Shown here: positions 61,806-64,000 of the stretch, one piece after another | Layout: each line of letters opens with the position of its first letter | How positions within the stretch are numbered: position 1 is the first letter of the stretch | Origin: Podospora anserina | Taxonomy: Eukaryota | Length of the DNA: 64,000 nt | Assembly: GCA_017654855.1 (NCBI GenBank) | Contig: CM030334.1 | Location: forward strand, 2,108,001 to 2,172,000 | Direction of reading: 5' to 3' | Notes under the pieces: generated by a model | Seen by the model: the letters and a program-made list of their open reading frames with translations, nothing else | Databases searched by the model: none | What the model was told of the DNA's origin: nothing | Made by a program: the position numbers and the translations under genes

Positions 61806-63684
61806 AACATAACTAGAAGACCTAATTACCATACCAAAGGATGCTGAGATGGCTCTACATGATACCGTCCCACCGTCTACCAGTCCCTTATTCCTGATCT
61901 ATTTCAGGGCAATTTTCAGCCTATCTGCTAACAGTTTCTCTGGGGTGTCCGTGTGCCACTCCGTCGTTGTACGCTATACGTCTGGCCCATCATCGGCTTC
62001 TCAACCCTCATAGCCAGATTGCGCGTCCTTTGCTCTCGACCCAGACCTCGAGCCTCCATAGGACAGAAGCAAAGTTGGGCAGCGACGTGGGAGTGTTCGT
62101 GTCCGAGCTCCATGACCCCATACAAGCACTGAGGTTCGTCTTCTTCGGCAGTGAGTCTAAAATGATGGAATCGGCCCCATTGTGTGCGACGCGATGCAGC
62201 ACGAAGATCTCATGTTCTGTATCAGCCTCTTTTATACATAGCCTCCCTCCGCGAGCAAACCGCTAGAACTTACTCTGTCCAGTCCACGCTTGACGTGCGC
62301 ACGCGGCTCTTTGTCAGAGCTCGGATGAAGATTCATTGTCTGGCCGCGGCTCTACTCTGTTCAATCTCACTGGTAGGTTTTTGACGCCGCACACATAGGC
62401 CGCAGCTACAAAGCGAAAGTAATTACTCTTCGGCCCTTGCCATAAAAGCCATAACAGGCAAGGAGCGTCCGCAGGCACAACAAACAATAGGCGAGGCGTC
62501 TGACACGCGAATATCAGCTCACAAGATTCCCGCCCCTGCGCACGCCTCTCTGGAAAACTGCAACAGATGGACCACCATGGACACAGGGTCTTGATGTTTC
62601 TACTGTCCACAGCCTAGCGTTGCAGATTGCTCAAGCGTCATGGTGCGAGTTGCAGCACACCGAATCAAGACCATTCTTGCCCTCGCGTCCGCACGTTAGC
62701 TTTGCCCGCTCGCGCGTGTACGCGGTAGTATTTCTATCGGCCGACTGAGTTGCGTCATTCGCTTGCGGGAGTCCAAGTTTTTTTATCAAAGCTGGGATGA
62801 ACTTTTAACTTTGGTTTTGCATAGCTACGACTTTTAGAATTATTTCTAACACGTTCATTTACTGGTAGTTAAACAGAGTGAAGCAAAGGAGGAAAAGGCC
62901 TTTAAAAATTCCTTCTTCAACAGAGTTCAGGGGTCAAACAATGCACACACACAACGTGACTCCTATTTCCTGAACAACATCTATTTTTTATTTCCGCACC
63001 CAGAAAGACGTAAAAGATATTGGTCATCCATACTATCAATCCACCCAGTCTCCTCCTTCCTTGCTGCTATCTCAGATATAAGAAGTGCCCCCCTCAATCA
63101 GGTCAAATGCCGCGATACCGCAGCCGACCTCCCGGAACACAGCCCTCCACAGCAATATTGTCACAGTACGGGCAGAAATGAGGTTCGCCGGGGGCTCGAT
63201 GAAGGTACAGGGCTGGGCAGAATAAGGCTACTGGTTTGTAAAGTTCCGGATTGCTTCCTGGCGTCTCTGATTATGGAAGTGGTCACCTGGCGGCCGCATT
63301 GTTTGACGTGGGTATCGCGGAGCCTATTGTCGGTGCGTGGTTAAGGTGCTTTGGCTGAGGGTGGGTGCTTGTGGGCAAGAGACAGTTTGGTTCAATGCCA
63401 AGTTTTCTGATGGACTCGATCGACAGTGGAGGATGGAAAAGCAAATGTTTGGTAGGTTAAATACCTAGGCATGTGTCACATAGGTAACTGTCAAGGTAAG
63501 GTTCATCACTAGTCCCAGCTGGTTCTTCTGACATGTCCAACACCCATTACTCACAACAACAAACACAGAAAACTGGCTTATATCCACTGCCACACATCTC
63601 TGCTCCCTTTTCAGCCTTTTCTCACCTACGCAGACTCCAGCACATCAAAAACAGCCGCCACCACCATCACAAAACCCACCAACA

Positions 63685-64000
63685 ATGTCCTTACTCGCCC
63701 AAGCCGAAATCAACTTCTACCGTCACCAAGTACAGCACAACTTCCTCTCCCAATGCAGCATCTGCCCCTTTCTGGCCACCCTCAACCTGAACCCCCCCGT
63801 TCCCTGCCCTCTATGCTGCAACATGGTCGGCTTCCTGAACCTAAACCACACAGTCGACACTCTCAAAAGACTGGTCAGAATCTCCGAGGTGTTTCACTGG
63901 CCAGAGTTTGTCGCCCACATCCACGACGCACTCGTGGCGAGAGTGACTCATTTTTTCAGGTTTGAGCCAGATGATGATGATGTTGAAGGACTTCCTCCCC
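63685..64000 (+). CDS. Hypothetical protein, 5' part (runs off the right edge)
   Basis: ATG in CAACAATG context after a CA-rich leader. The frame is open to the window end: MSLLAQAEINFYRHQVQHNFLSQCSICPFLATLNLNPPVPCPLCCNMVG..., with two CxxC motifs. Confidence 0.55.
   Translation, partial: MSLLAQAEINFYRHQVQHNFLSQCSICPFLATLNLNPPVPCPLCCNMVGFLNLNHTVDTLKRLVRISEVFHWPEFVAHIHDALVARVTHFFRFEPDDDDVEGLPP

Overview
Gene-dense filamentous ascomycete (Sordariales, Podospora-like by inference) chromosomal window with short GT-AG introns. It carries about 21 protein genes: RQC1/TCF25, SCD6/LSM14, pirin, two Pth11-like receptors (one with a CFEM domain), a BAHD-like transferase, BCD1, a DENN protein, YME1/i-AAA, ORC6, a GRE2-like reductase, a DUF2470 protein, a Zn2Cys6 TF, an acid phosphatase, SEC6, COX7C, GLR1, CCE1/Ydc2 and several hypotheticals. 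It also has one frameshifted pseudogene, two tandem intact 5S rRNA genes of different types, and an snR52-like box C/D snoRNA inside a SCD6 intron. The most interesting signal is at the left edge. A third 5S rRNA gene (minus strand, start 2336) breaks off after about 68 nt, and the sequence beyond the break carries a Myb/SANT gene. This fits one end of a large 5S-rDNA-targeting mobile element (Starship-like) that runs off the left edge. No captain tyrosine recombinase is visible, so the assignment is an inference. All family calls are from motif recognition; no database searches were run.
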